64,000 nucleotides of DNA, taken from IMG/VR virus record IMGVR_UViG_3300032676_000720; one strand, given 5' to 3'. How positions within the stretch are numbered: the stretch's first letter is position 1; each line of letters starts with the position of its first letter. Shown here in pieces: positions 18,472-28,556 of this stretch. The notes beneath the pieces are model-generated. The model worked only from the letters and a program-made list of their open reading frames with translations, searched no databases and had not been told where the DNA came from. This DNA is from an uncultured virus (IMG/VR IMGVR_UViG_3300032676_000720) (lineage: Duplodnaviria; Heunggongvirae; Uroviricota; Caudoviricetes). The position numbers and the translations under genes are program-made.

Positions 18472-19946
18472 TAATACGTCCTTTTAAATAATTCTAATTC
18501 TTCCATCATCCGATGGACGATGCCATCTGGACGAAGTTCTTGTGGTTTACCTTGTGCGTCGGTGTCTAATAAAAATGCATTAGCACAACGACCAATTTCT
18601 CCTGGACGCACATCAACAGTTAGCGCCATTAAGAAGCGTGGATCTTTTGCTTCTGCGGCTGTTGGAATATAGCCCGTAGCTTCATTTAATTCGATAGCCA
18701 TAAACAATTCAGGATGTAGTTGAGCATACTTACGCATCAATACACCAGCTTTGGCATTAGCTTCATTTTCATATGGACTGCCATCTTCTCCAGCGTCTGC
18801 TGGAACTGGTCCTATTTCATTTTGTTTTTGATGTACAAGTTCGTGTGCTACAGTTCTTAATACATCCATAATATGACGGCCGCCTACACCAACTTCAAGT
18901 TCATTGGTTCCATCATTGTAGCGTCCAAAAGTTTTGTTTCTTACGGACCATTGTGGGTCACGACGAATTCTTAAGTTAATTTCTTTTTTTAATTTTAAAT
19001 GGGAAACACAAAAATTAATAAAATCTTCAATAATGTCTTTGTCATTATGTTTGTCTTCGTTAGCAAACATACAAGTACTAGGATTGGTTCCGTCTGGAGT
19101 AACACCAACTTCATCTAATTGTGCTTCGTTGGTAAACTCGGAAGTAGTAGGATTAGTACCGTCTGGTGTAATGCCAACTTCTTCGATATAGTCAGGACCA
19201 AAACCATATTTTACAGGAGCTTGTGGCTTACGCTCTTTTAAACTTAACTCTTGGCTTCTTGCTTCTTTACGAGCATTATGTAACTTTTTCAATTCACCAC
19301 TATTGCGTAGTAATTTGAAGGCTAAATTTTCTGGGCCAAACTCGCCGTGATTAGCTAGTCCTGTACCACGCATATTTTTAATTTTATCTAATAGAGCATT
19401 CATTTGGTCTATAGATTTAGATTTAATTGCTTGTTTAATACGCTTACTTAAATCCTTGTATTTGCTCTTAACGCTCATATCATCGATATCAGCGTGTTTG
19501 CGTCTAGGAATTTGTATCCATTCGTTATCTACAATACTGTAAATTCCTTGACTATGATGTTCTTCGCTTATGTCCTGTACATACAATTCAACAGGAATAC
19601 CTTTAATAGTAATTTTATGTTCGTTGTTATAGATAAACTTTTTAGCATCAAAAAGTTCACGATATATTTCTTTGTTTTCGTCATTGCCTAAATCTACAAT
19701 TAAATGTAAATCTATATCAGAATGTGGAGTATAAGAAAATGCGGCATTACTACCCGAACTTGTTATATCTTTTAAATTTAAGTTGTCGACGCCAAGTGAT
19801 TCAGCAAAGTCTGAAGCAATAGCTAATAACTGCTCACGGATTTCAGGATGTAAATGTTCGCTTTTATCCCATAATAAAGGATTAAGTTTATCGTGAAATT
19901 TAACTGCGTCTGCTAAATTGAAGGATTCTAATTGTTCAATGTTCAT
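18471..19946 (-). CDS. pol-beta-type nucleotidyltransferase + HExxH metallopeptidase domain protein
   Basis: GSNA...SDIDLH, ELYVQD; TVAHELVH..ENEANA; start set at ATG 5 nt after TAAATA (19952-19957). Confidence 0.75.
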   Translation of the reverse strand: MNIEQLESFNLADAVKFHDKLNPLLWDKSEHLHPEIREQLLAIASDFAESLGVDNLNLKDITSSGSNAAFSYTPHSDIDLHLIVDLGNDENKEIYRELFDAKKFIYNNEHKITIKGIPVELYVQDISEEHHSQGIYSIVDNEWIQIPRRKHADIDDMSVKSKYKDLSKRIKQAIKSKSIDQMNALLDKIKNMRGTGLANHGEFGPENLAFKLLRNSGELKKLHNARKEARSQELSLKERKPQAPVKYGFGPDYIEEVGITPDGTNPTTSEFTNEAQLDEVGVTPDGTNPSTCMFANEDKHNDKDIIEDFINFCVSHLKLKKEINLRIRRDPQWSVRNKTFGRYNDGTNELEVGVGGRHIMDVLRTVAHELVHQKQNEIGPVPADAGEDGSPYENEANAKAGVLMRKYAQLHPELFMAIELNEATGYIPTAAEAKDPRFLMALTVDVRPGEIGRCANAFLLDTDAQGKPQELRPDGIVHRMMEELELFKRTY

Positions 19947-19972
19947 TAATATATTTAGCGTAAAAAACAAAA

Positions 19973-19999
19973 GCCGTTACAGACTTAACTGTAACGGCC
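19973..19999. terminator. stem-loop / probable terminator
   Basis: GCCGTTACAG-ACTTAA-CTGTAACGGC, followed by T-rich run on minus strand. Confidence 0.65.
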
Positions 20000-20024
20000 T
20001 TTGCCCGTTTATAAACTACCCAGT

Positions 20025-20960
20025 TTATTTTTTCTTTTTGCCTTTGCTTGAAGCAACTACAGTAGCTTTAGGAGCTTCTGGTGCTGCTACAGGAGCGTCA
20101 GATACAGCGGCTGCCTGTGCTTGGGCTGGTAATGACTGTGCTGGTTGCTGATTACTAATAGCCAAAGAATGTAAGTCTTTGTATAGTTGATCTTGTGTAG
20201 CATAGTCAAATACATAGGTGCCTGTGTGCTTGAGCAATACACGCTTGTCTACCCAAACTTTACCACCTAAATCACGCCAGTTTTCGCAGAATGTCCAGTC
20301 TTCACTGTAATAACGATTCTCGCGAACTGCTGTGTCAAAATATGTTTTCATATAAACATTTAACTCTGGTGGCAAACCAATATCAGAGTTGAAAGGCTTA
20401 ACTGCTGGGTGGGCATTTAACTTCTCAAATACGCCACGCTTCATTAAGAGGAATCCTGTGCCAGTTTTAGTAACTTCTTGTAAGCCATCTGGGCCTTCTT
20501 CGGCACCGTCAAATCCATTAACACACCACTTAACTGGTAAGGATTTCATTGGATACAAACCGCCAATAACATCTACGTCACGATTTAACATAACGAGCAA
20601 GTGCCATGGCTCCCAACCGATGTCAGCATCGATAAACATTAAGTGTGTTGAATCTGGGTTAGAAAGGAACTTAGCAGTAAGAGTATTACGAGCACGACTA
20701 ATCAATGACTCATTGGTCATAGTTTCCATAGTCCAATCAATGCCTAATTGACGGGCTGTATTTGCCCATTTAATGTAGCTCATAAATGTAGATTCAGTAA
20801 GCATACCACCATAACAAGGCATACAAATATGTACACGGGTAGTTTTTAAGTAATCAATGTTGATTTGCACTTGGCCTGCTTGTGGAGCTGACGGTGCTTG
20901 TGCTGTTGGGGTAGCTGCTTCTGTGGTTGCATCTAGGTTAGTTTGTTGGGTTGATACCAT
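20025..20960 (-). CDS. GT-A fold glycosyltransferase-like protein
   Basis: SLISRARN, FIDADIGW (DxD), GTGFLL, SEDWTFC. Confidence 0.8.
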   Translation of the reverse strand: MVSTQQTNLDATTEAATPTAQAPSAPQAGQVQINIDYLKTTRVHICMPCYGGMLTESTFMSYIKWANTARQLGIDWTMETMTNESLISRARNTLTAKFLSNPDSTHLMFIDADIGWEPWHLLVMLNRDVDVIGGLYPMKSLPVKWCVNGFDGAEEGPDGLQEVTKTGTGFLLMKRGVFEKLNAHPAVKPFNSDIGLPPELNVYMKTYFDTAVRENRYYSEDWTFCENWRDLGGKVWVDKRVLLKHTGTYVFDYATQDQLYKDLHSLAISNQQPAQSLPAQAQAAAVSDAPVAAPEAPKATVVASSKGKKKK

Positions 20961-21006
20961 GGGTTCCTCTTATAAATGTGTAACATATTTACACGAGTAA
21001 GGAGAC

Positions 21007-21945
21007 CTAGTAAAATTTTCTGTCGTCTAATTGAATATAAACTTCGTTAATAGGAATAGCTATTTGATTGTTTTTTATTATAGATTTAAATCGCTTATTT
21101 GTTACATCAGGATCTAGTCCAAAATACCTAGCCATATCTTGTTGGGTAGCTATTCTAAGATCCATAATCTTTTCAAATCCATGATATTTAATTCGCGGAG
21201 TTGTGTGTGGAAAATGTGATCTCATCATAATTGTTTTAGCAGGCACATCGATTGACCCTGATTTTAATATGTAAGGATTGTTTATTAACATCTGATTAAC
21301 AGGATCTTGAAGATATGCGCTATGTATTTCTGATGTTGTTTGATAGAAAAATACGCTGTGATTTAAACTATTTTTCCTACACCATTCTAACGGAGCAAGT
21401 GAGCCGATATCGTAGGTATCGCATACAGGATCATTATTTGGATCAACTTCATTATATATTTTTTGTTCTAACCCTAGCCCAGCACTTTTGCCACCAAAAA
21501 TACCAAATCCATTCATATCTTCTATGTGCTGTAATAGTTCAATTGTATAGTATCTAAAAACATTATTCGACACAAGATTTTGATTAAGATATTTCTTGTA
21601 GCCTTCTTTTAAAAAAGACAGCATATCAAATTCAAAAAATTTGTACTCAACCTTATTTGCTTCGCACCAACTAATAGCGTAACTTATATCGTGTGTGTTT
21701 AAATCGTCTGGAAATTTGGCAATCAATGCCTTGAAAGGAATATTTGCGTTTTTAAATGTGCTAGCAACAACTTCACTATCAATCCCGCCAGACATACATA
21801 CCCAAATATCTTTAGTGGTCGATTCTGCTATAGTGGTAGCAGCAATTTTAATTTCTTCAATCCAAGATAATGGTTTTCTAACACAAGGTGAGTACCAAAT
21901 TTTGAAGGCAATAGGATCGTAATTTATACCAAAACTTTTATACAT
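21007..21945 (-). CDS. PP-loop (SGGIDS) protein
   Basis: VCMSGGIDSE motif, KYHGFE C-terminal motif. Confidence 0.6.
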   Translation of the reverse strand: MYKSFGINYDPIAFKIWYSPCVRKPLSWIEEIKIAATTIAESTTKDIWVCMSGGIDSEVVASTFKNANIPFKALIAKFPDDLNTHDISYAISWCEANKVEYKFFEFDMLSFLKEGYKKYLNQNLVSNNVFRYYTIELLQHIEDMNGFGIFGGKSAGLGLEQKIYNEVDPNNDPVCDTYDIGSLAPLEWCRKNSLNHSVFFYQTTSEIHSAYLQDPVNQMLINNPYILKSGSIDVPAKTIMMRSHFPHTTPRIKYHGFEKIMDLRIATQQDMARYFGLDPDVTNKRFKSIIKNNQIAIPINEVYIQLDDRKFY

Positions 21946-21954
21946 TATTTGTTT

Positions 21955-22773
21955 TTAATAAAATTTTCGACCAGTTTTTTCGTCGATGAAATTAGGAATT
22001 AAATCTTCTTCAAAACTTCTATAGCAATGTGCGGCGGTGCGTTCTGCTAGAATTGTTGACTCTAATAATTTTGCTAACTTGGCTCTATGTTGTTTACTTT
22101 CATTGCGTACTACTGGCATAGGTTGATCAATTACATCGCCGTCAAGGTCAGGCTGTTGAATTACTATGTCGCGAGCTTTTTGTGCTACGCCTAATTTCTT
22201 ATCAAATAATTGTTGTAGGGCAGTATCATCAGTACCATATAAGTCATGTAAGATTTGTTTACGATCCGCTTCGCTACCATTAGAATACATATTGCGTATT
22301 GCTGAAGCAGAGTCAGCATCTTTGCCTCTAACTTTAAATGTAACAGTTGGAGTAACCATTACATAAGCGTGTTTGGTCAACGGTTGAAGTTTGCCATCTT
22401 TAGGATAAGGTTGCATATAACTTGGCTCACCGTTCTTTTTAACACCAAACTTGAAGCGTGGATTTTCGCCCATGTCTTTTTCTGATACAGCAAACACTAA
22501 CGCAGTATTTTCTGGATCTGGAATATCTTTTGTAATTTCTTGTGCTTGATAAGGATTGCGTACTTGTACAATGTGACTAGCAGGTATTCCTATTTTTGTA
22601 AGCATCTCTACTTTGTCAGCAAAACTAAAGGGATTTGTCACAGGAGCAGTTACATCAGAAGTAGCTACATACACATTTTCAGCACCAAATTTCTTAGCTA
22701 GATAATCGTAGCTAGACTTATGACCTTTGTGGCCAGGCTGAAATCTTCCGGGATATATTACAACTGTACGCAT
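21955..22773 (-). CDS. cytidylyltransferase-like (HxGH) protein
   Basis: YPGRFQPGHKGH, SASAIR; TAAATA upstream. Confidence 0.8.
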   Translation of the reverse strand: MRTVVIYPGRFQPGHKGHKSSYDYLAKKFGAENVYVATSDVTAPVTNPFSFADKVEMLTKIGIPASHIVQVRNPYQAQEITKDIPDPENTALVFAVSEKDMGENPRFKFGVKKNGEPSYMQPYPKDGKLQPLTKHAYVMVTPTVTFKVRGKDADSASAIRNMYSNGSEADRKQILHDLYGTDDTALQQLFDKKLGVAQKARDIVIQQPDLDGDVIDQPMPVVRNESKQHRAKLAKLLESTILAERTAAHCYRSFEEDLIPNFIDEKTGRKFY

Positions 22774-22790
22774 TCTAATATTTAGCTATA

Positions 22791-23159
22791 TTAGAATATT
22801 ACGTTTGCTGAATTAATAGTTCCGCCAGTAAAGGATGATACATTGGCTCGCAACCATACGAAATTGCCAATCATATTAATAGCTTGGGTATCTGTAGTAG
22901 CTACATTGGCATTACCGTAAGTTTCAATTCTGAACCATTCAGCTTGCTGAGTCCAATCGTTCAAACTACCTTCTATAGTAAGAACACCAACAAAATCTGT
23001 TGTTTGAATCATAGCTGTTTGAGCAGATCCTTGTCCGCCATAGTAATTTGCGGCTGGAATAGCATTACCATAAAATTGTGTATTAGCCCCATTATAATTA
23101 CCAGATGGGATTCTGTATGTAGTTGGAGGCAATAAACCTTCATTAGTAAAAGTCGTCAT
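22791..23159 (-). CDS. hypothetical, probable virion protein
   Basis: beta-rich, IEGSL..W..GNFVWLRA; TAAATA upstream. Confidence 0.6.
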   Translation of the reverse strand: MTTFTNEGLLPPTTYRIPSGNYNGANTQFYGNAIPAANYYGGQGSAQTAMIQTTDFVGVLTIEGSLNDWTQQAEWFRIETYGNANVATTDTQAINMIGNFVWLRANVSSFTGGTINSANVIF

Positions 23160-23169
23160 AGTATATTAT

Positions 23170-23898
23170 TTATGCTGGGATGATTTCCAGCGTTTTTCTA
23201 ATTATACCAGGGGATATAAGCTCTAGCATAACTAGCCAGCCTTCCCCATCGTGATCTATAAAGAAATAATCTTGGGTCCGCAAATAAGGGGACTTTGATA
23301 GCCATTTAGCAAAAGCCGGAGCAACTCTTATAGTATCTTGTTGATTATTAAAAAAGTTAATTAAACTGTCTTTATTAGCTTGTGTTAGTTTTACGCTTTT
23401 AAAATAACTTCTGTGGGTAAACTTAGGAACTTTTAATTTAACAGTATTTTTAGGTCTCGATATTATAGCTTCTGTATATTCCTTATTGTCAAGGAAACTC
23501 ATAGCATTAAGTCTTTTAAGTAAAGACATATTGTTACTGTATATCCAACCCAAGTTAACCGATGTAACTAATTTAAAATCAGCGGTTGTTGTAAGTAGTA
23601 ACTCAGCTAATTCGTGAAGATCCTCAGAAGTTTTATCAGTAATATCTTTCCAACGCCTTGTTAATATAGTTTGAGCTAGTTGAGGTTGGCCGCCGGGACG
23701 AACTAAAGTCCAACGCTGTTGTGCGACTTCTCGCCACAACTTTCTACGATCAATAATAGCATCGATATAGTTGTGGTCGAGAGTCTTCATAGCACTTACT
23801 TCATCTAAAGCAAATGCTACGCAGTATCGATATTTGTCGTAAAAGTATCTATCTTTATCGACAGGCTTAAACGTTAGGAGATTCGCCATCAAGAACAA
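23170..23898 (-). CDS. hypothetical protein
   Basis: 242 aa ORF in operon context. Confidence 0.7.
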   Translation of the reverse strand: MFLMANLLTFKPVDKDRYFYDKYRYCVAFALDEVSAMKTLDHNYIDAIIDRRKLWREVAQQRWTLVRPGGQPQLAQTILTRRWKDITDKTSEDLHELAELLLTTTADFKLVTSVNLGWIYSNNMSLLKRLNAMSFLDNKEYTEAIISRPKNTVKLKVPKFTHRSYFKSVKLTQANKDSLINFFNNQQDTIRVAPAFAKWLSKSPYLRTQDYFFIDHDGEGWLVMLELISPGIIRKTLEIIPA

Positions 23899-26146
23899 TA
23901 ATACCAGAATTGTCTACAATCGCCAATGGAGCAGTTTGGATAATTGTAAAATCAATCTTATCATCGATTATGATAGCATTGACGGTGCAGTCAGATAAGC
24001 GTTCAAACAAAATCTTCTTAGACAAAGGTACACGAATCAATTCGTCAATCTTACGATTAAGTGGACGAGCACCCATCTTAGGATCATAACCTTTATCAGC
24101 TAGCATATCAATAACTGCTTCGGATAAATTAAGTCTAATATTTTTATTGTTCAAACTAACTTGTAACTGTTCAACAAATTTAAGTACAACTTTCTTAATA
24201 GCAAGGGTATCAAGTTTCTTAAACTTACAAATTTGATCGATACGATTACGCAACTCAGGTTTGAAGAAGTCCTTCATTGCTTTATCTTCTGATCCTGTTT
24301 TTTGTAGTGCTTGACCAAATCCAATGTTATTGTTTTCGTTATCGCGAGCACCTAAGTTACTTGTCATAATGATAATAGTATTCTTAAGGTTAACAGTTTT
24401 GCCGTTAGCACTAGTAATACGAGCTTCGTCTAACATCTGTAACATAATGTTAATAACATCAGGGTGAGCTTTTTCAATTTCATCAAACAGGATGATTGAA
24501 TACGGATTCTTACTAATATCACTGATTAACTTGCCGCCACCTACATTGCCATCTTCAAATCCTACATATCCTGGAGGCGCACCAATCAACGAACTTACAG
24601 TATGCTTTTCTTGATATTCTGACATATCATACTTTAATAATTGCATATCTAAGTTTGTAGCTAGTAACTTAGCAAGTTCTGTTTTACCAGTACCAGTTGG
24701 TCCTAAGAATAAGAAACTAGCAATAGGACGATTGTCGTTGCCAATACCAGAAAAGTTAATATAAACTCGCTCAAGTACGCTGTCTACTGCTTCGTCCTGA
24801 CCATATAATTTTTCTTTAATATTCGATTCAAGTTCTACAATATTAGCTGAACGCTCGTTTTGTAATCGATCCATAGGAACTTCAGTAACACGACTTAATT
24901 GTTCCATAATCATTTCTTTAGTAATAGTTACATTACCTTGATCCTTAACTCGTTCCTTAGCGCAAGCGCCGTCTAACAAGTCAATACTCTTATCTGGATT
25001 CTTACGGTCGTGTATATAACGACCTGATAAATCTACAGCGGCCGTGATAGCATCTGTATCAATTAATACATTGTGGAATGATTCTAAGCGTGGGCTAAGT
25101 CCAATAAGGATTTGTTCTGTAACTTCGTTAGTTGGTTCATCGATACTTACACGATGGAAACGACGCATTAACGCACGATCCTTTTCAAAGGACTCGTAGT
25201 ATTCTTCCCATGTTGTACTTGCGATTACCTTAAGTTTACCTTTAGTAATAGCAGGTTTTAACATATTAGCAAAGTCAAGTGTAGATTGTGAGCTAGCGCC
25301 AGCACCTTTCATAGTGTGTGCTTCGTCTACAAACAAAATACAATTACCTTTAGTTTCTAATGCGCCAATAACTTGTTTGAACTTTTCTTCAAATTCGCCG
25401 CGATATTTAGAACCAGCTAACAATGATCCAATCTCTAATGCCCATACTTCATGAGCAATTAAGAACTTAGGAACACGATTATTAATAATCTCTTGAGCTA
25501 GGCCTTCTGCGATAGCAGTTTTACCTACCCCGGGATCTCCAACCATCAATACATTAGCTTTAAATTTACGAGCTAATACTGTAATCATTTCATCAAGTTC
25601 AGCACCGCGGCCAATCATTGGCTCAAGGCGATCTTCTACCGCCATCTTAGTTAAGTTAACACAGTATTCAGTTAAAATTTCATCTGCTTGCGTAGTTGTA
25701 AGAACTACATCATCATGTTTGTAGTGTGCTTGCCAGTATTCCATGAACTCTTGTTTCTTAACACCATACTTTAATAAAAAGTAATGTGCGTGTGAATTAT
25801 TTTCAGCCATCATAGCAAGATACAAGTCGCCAGTATTCATTGAACGGCGCCCTGTGAACAATACTTGTGTCATTGCTCTGTTGAAGCAACGCTCGAGAGC
25901 ATTTGTTTTCTTAGGCTGATTGTCTTTTTTAGTAGTAACCAAACTAGTTAAACTTTGTAAGTAAGCATCTAACTCCATATCTAATAAATCTACACTAGTC
26001 CCAAAAGATTCTAGTACTTTATAAAATGGAGCATGGCGTATTAATACCAATAAGACGTGCTCAGTTAAAACATATTCGTGTTGACGCTCTTTAGCCAATT
26101 TAACAGCTTGGGCGACGATTTGTTCGATTTCTTTATTGTTTTGCAT
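23867..26146 (-). CDS. clpA: ClpA/ClpB-family AAA+ chaperone
   Basis: Clp N domain, GDPGVGKT and GPTGTGKT Walker A motifs, LIGAPPGYVG, GARPL; no ClpB M-domain. Confidence 0.9.
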   Translation of the reverse strand: MQNNKEIEQIVAQAVKLAKERQHEYVLTEHVLLVLIRHAPFYKVLESFGTSVDLLDMELDAYLQSLTSLVTTKKDNQPKKTNALERCFNRAMTQVLFTGRRSMNTGDLYLAMMAENNSHAHYFLLKYGVKKQEFMEYWQAHYKHDDVVLTTTQADEILTEYCVNLTKMAVEDRLEPMIGRGAELDEMITVLARKFKANVLMVGDPGVGKTAIAEGLAQEIINNRVPKFLIAHEVWALEIGSLLAGSKYRGEFEEKFKQVIGALETKGNCILFVDEAHTMKGAGASSQSTLDFANMLKPAITKGKLKVIASTTWEEYYESFEKDRALMRRFHRVSIDEPTNEVTEQILIGLSPRLESFHNVLIDTDAITAAVDLSGRYIHDRKNPDKSIDLLDGACAKERVKDQGNVTITKEMIMEQLSRVTEVPMDRLQNERSANIVELESNIKEKLYGQDEAVDSVLERVYINFSGIGNDNRPIASFLFLGPTGTGKTELAKLLATNLDMQLLKYDMSEYQEKHTVSSLIGAPPGYVGFEDGNVGGGKLISDISKNPYSIILFDEIEKAHPDVINIMLQMLDEARITSANGKTVNLKNTIIIMTSNLGARDNENNNIGFGQALQKTGSEDKAMKDFFKPELRNRIDQICKFKKLDTLAIKKVVLKFVEQLQVSLNNKNIRLNLSEAVIDMLADKGYDPKMGARPLNRKIDELIRVPLSKKILFERLSDCTVNAIIIDDKIDFTIIQTAPLAIVDNSGIIVLDGESPNV

Positions 26147-26209
26147 GTTTTCCTTTGCTTGGTACTAGTTAAGTATATAGCATTACTAAACAAAATACAA
26201 TGATTATGG

Positions 26210-27004
26210 TTACTTCTTTTGTGCTTCTTTGATAAGATTGGTTAGTTCGTCACTTAGGCTAGATGGCATTTTGGCATGAATTCTAACTAATAAATCGCCA
26301 ACAGGTCCTTGGCGTGAAGCTAGTCCTCTACCTTTCAGACGCAATAGTCCGCCTGGCTGTGTTAACGGTGGAATGGTTAAAGTTAATTGGTTACCCAAAA
26401 TATCTTTTACTTCTGTTTCTCCGCCAACTAAACAATCCCAAATAGATACTTGCTGGTCCATTGTTAAGTTTAATCCTTGGCGATGCCATTTTGGATGTTG
26501 ATGTATTCTAAAATTAACAATTAAATCTGTGTTACCAGGACCTATGCCAGGATATTGAATATTATCGCCATCGTTAAGTCCCAATGGGATTTCTATTTCA
26601 ATTGTCATTGAGCCTTGCTGTGTACCTACAGTAACAGGCCGCTTGCCGCCTTGTGCTACATCTTGTAATGTTACCCATAAGCTCATTCTGGTATGGGTTT
26701 GTCGTTGCTGTCCTGGATGTTGATGCCCTGGATGAAACTGTGCGCCAAACATACTAAAGATATTGTTAAAATCGAACCCGCCACCATTAAATTCAAAATG
26801 TATATTTTGATTAGGATTATCGTATTGGGCTCGTTTACTAGGATCGCTTAATGTTTCATAAGCCGACTGAACCGATTGAAATTTAGCTTTATCGCCACCT
26901 TCGCGGTCTGGATGATACTTTGCCGCCATACGGCGATATGCTTTTTTAATATCGTCAGCAGACGCATTACGGTCTACTCCTAAGGTTTGATAGTGATCTG
27001 TCAT
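26210..27004 (-). CDS. DnaJ-class chaperone (CbpA-like, no Zn finger)
   Basis: [19 protein letters not shown] domain, G/F region, C-terminal domain. Confidence 0.92.
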   Translation of the reverse strand: MTDHYQTLGVDRNASADDIKKAYRRMAAKYHPDREGGDKAKFQSVQSAYETLSDPSKRAQYDNPNQNIHFEFNGGGFDFNNIFSMFGAQFHPGHQHPGQQRQTHTRMSLWVTLQDVAQGGKRPVTVGTQQGSMTIEIEIPLGLNDGDNIQYPGIGPGNTDLIVNFRIHQHPKWHRQGLNLTMDQQVSIWDCLVGGETEVKDILGNQLTLTIPPLTQPGGLLRLKGRGLASRQGPVGDLLVRIHAKMPSSLSDELTNLIKEAQKK

Positions 27005-27600
27005 ATTGTAATAAATGTGCAATTTTTTCGTATTAGATAGGGAGATAAATTTGTAGCCGCCATTGCTTCTCTAATAGAAGCATATTCAATACCATTAAGT
27101 AATAACGGTTTTGAGGCGGCGTTCTCTTTACCTGTCCTGTTGCCTTTTTGTTTTTGACTGCTCTTACGTTTTCTATCATTGGAACAAGGTATTCCATATA
27201 ATGGATGATTACTACCTTTCATTCGTTCGCTTTGTGCTGGATTCTTCTTACCGCCCCAGACACTTAGCTCACCGACGTATACACCTTTTAATGCTTTACT
27301 TCGTTTGGCTCGAACTTCTGGAGATATATTACTTCCGCCTTCGCCGCCATCTGTTTGATTTGCTAATATGCCAGTACCGATGTCTTTGCGCCCAAACTTT
27401 TTAATAAGTTTTTTTTCGAGGTCAAACGCTTCCTCCTCAAATAAAGATTTGGCAATTATTATAATTCGATTTTTATCTGATGGTGGTTTATAAGTGCGTT
27501 TTTTTGACCATGCTCGATCACCGGACCCCTTACCTATGTAGTAAGGGGATTGCCCGTCTTTACGAAGATAAGCATAAACATAGAATTTTGGGTCAGTCAT
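27001..27600 (-). CDS. GIY-YIG homing endonuclease
   Basis: [31 protein letters not shown]; own TTTACA-17-TATAAT promoter at 27608-27636. Confidence 0.88.
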   Translation of the reverse strand: MTDPKFYVYAYLRKDGQSPYYIGKGSGDRAWSKKRTYKPPSDKNRIIIIAKSLFEEEAFDLEKKLIKKFGRKDIGTGILANQTDGGEGGSNISPEVRAKRSKALKGVYVGELSVWGGKKNPAQSERMKGSNHPLYGIPCSNDRKRKSSQKQKGNRTGKENAASKPLLLNGIEYASIREAMAATNLSPYLIRKNCTFITI

Positions 27601-27636
27601 AATATTAATTATACTACAAACAACCTGCGGTGTAAA

Positions 27637-27819
27637 TTATTTCTTCTTTTTGGATTTAGGAGTAGGTTCTGGAACTACTGTGCCTTCTACTTTTTTGTGT
27701 ACTTTGACATTTTTACATACTTGTTTGCCTTTTTGTTCATGACAAACTTTTTCCATAACGCCACCTGCGTGTGCTACTGTAAATCCTAATGTTAATGCGA
27801 TTACTAATATAGATTTCAT
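27637..27819 (-). CDS. small secreted protein
   Basis: signal peptide MKSILVIALTLGFTVAHA, two Cys. Confidence 0.6.
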   Translation of the reverse strand: MKSILVIALTLGFTVAHAGGVMEKVCHEQKGKQVCKNVKVHKKVEGTVVPEPTPKSKKKK

Positions 27820-27835
27820 TTTATTATCCTTATCC

Positions 27836-28519
27836 TTATAGTGCTGGGAATGACTGTGTTGGGCCACTTGGCTTACCGCTAGCTGTTATTGGCGGTGTTG
27901 AATTAAAGGTTGGAGGAGTGGCTGTTGAGCCAAATCCGCCTGACGCAGGAGCGCCGAATCCGCCCGCTGTACTACCCCCGAAACCTCCTGCTGCCGGAGC
28001 GCCAAATGTTGAAGCCCCGCTTGATGATGAACCGAATCCGCCACTTTGTTGTCCTCCAAAACCGCCCCCTGCTGGAGCGCCAAAACCGCCACTTTGTTGA
28101 CCACCAAAGCCTCCGCCCATTCCGGAGTTCATACCGTTATTCATACCGTTATTCATCATGCCAGGTTGCATACCTGGTGGAATATATGTGGTTCCAGCTC
28201 CAGGACCAAAGCCTTCGGCTAACCCGCCTTGCTCTGCGCCGGCCATCTTTTCTTTAGTGCGACCATAAGCGGCAATGCCTAATACCGCACCCATAGCAAT
28301 ATGAAATAGCCCAGCACCTTGTAGTGTAAGTGGCTGCCATTGACTTAAAGGTCCAACTCTTTGCATAGTTTGAACCAACGCCCACAATACAGGAAATAAC
28401 ATAAAGTCACAACAACATACAGCCATATACATCCAGCCCATCATTGGACGCCATTTGGCATTCATCCAATCTTCTTTTTTCTTCTCACTTGCGCTTAGTT
28501 GATTCTCGCAGTTAGACAT
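27836..28519 (-). CDS. holin (3TM/GTA-type) with Gly-rich tail
   Basis: WRPMMGW, WQPLTLQGAGLFHIAMGAVLGI..YGRTKEK; in lysis cassette. Confidence 0.7.
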   Translation of the reverse strand: MSNCENQLSASEKKKEDWMNAKWRPMMGWMYMAVCCCDFMLFPVLWALVQTMQRVGPLSQWQPLTLQGAGLFHIAMGAVLGIAAYGRTKEKMAGAEQGGLAEGFGPGAGTTYIPPGMQPGMMNNGMNNGMNSGMGGGFGGQQSGGFGAPAGGGFGGQQSGGFGSSSSGASTFGAPAAGGFGGSTAGGFGAPASGGFGSTATPPTFNSTPPITASGKPSGPTQSFPAL

Positions 28520-28556
28520 ATTAGCTCCTTGTTATTGTTATTATTTTGTATTTATA

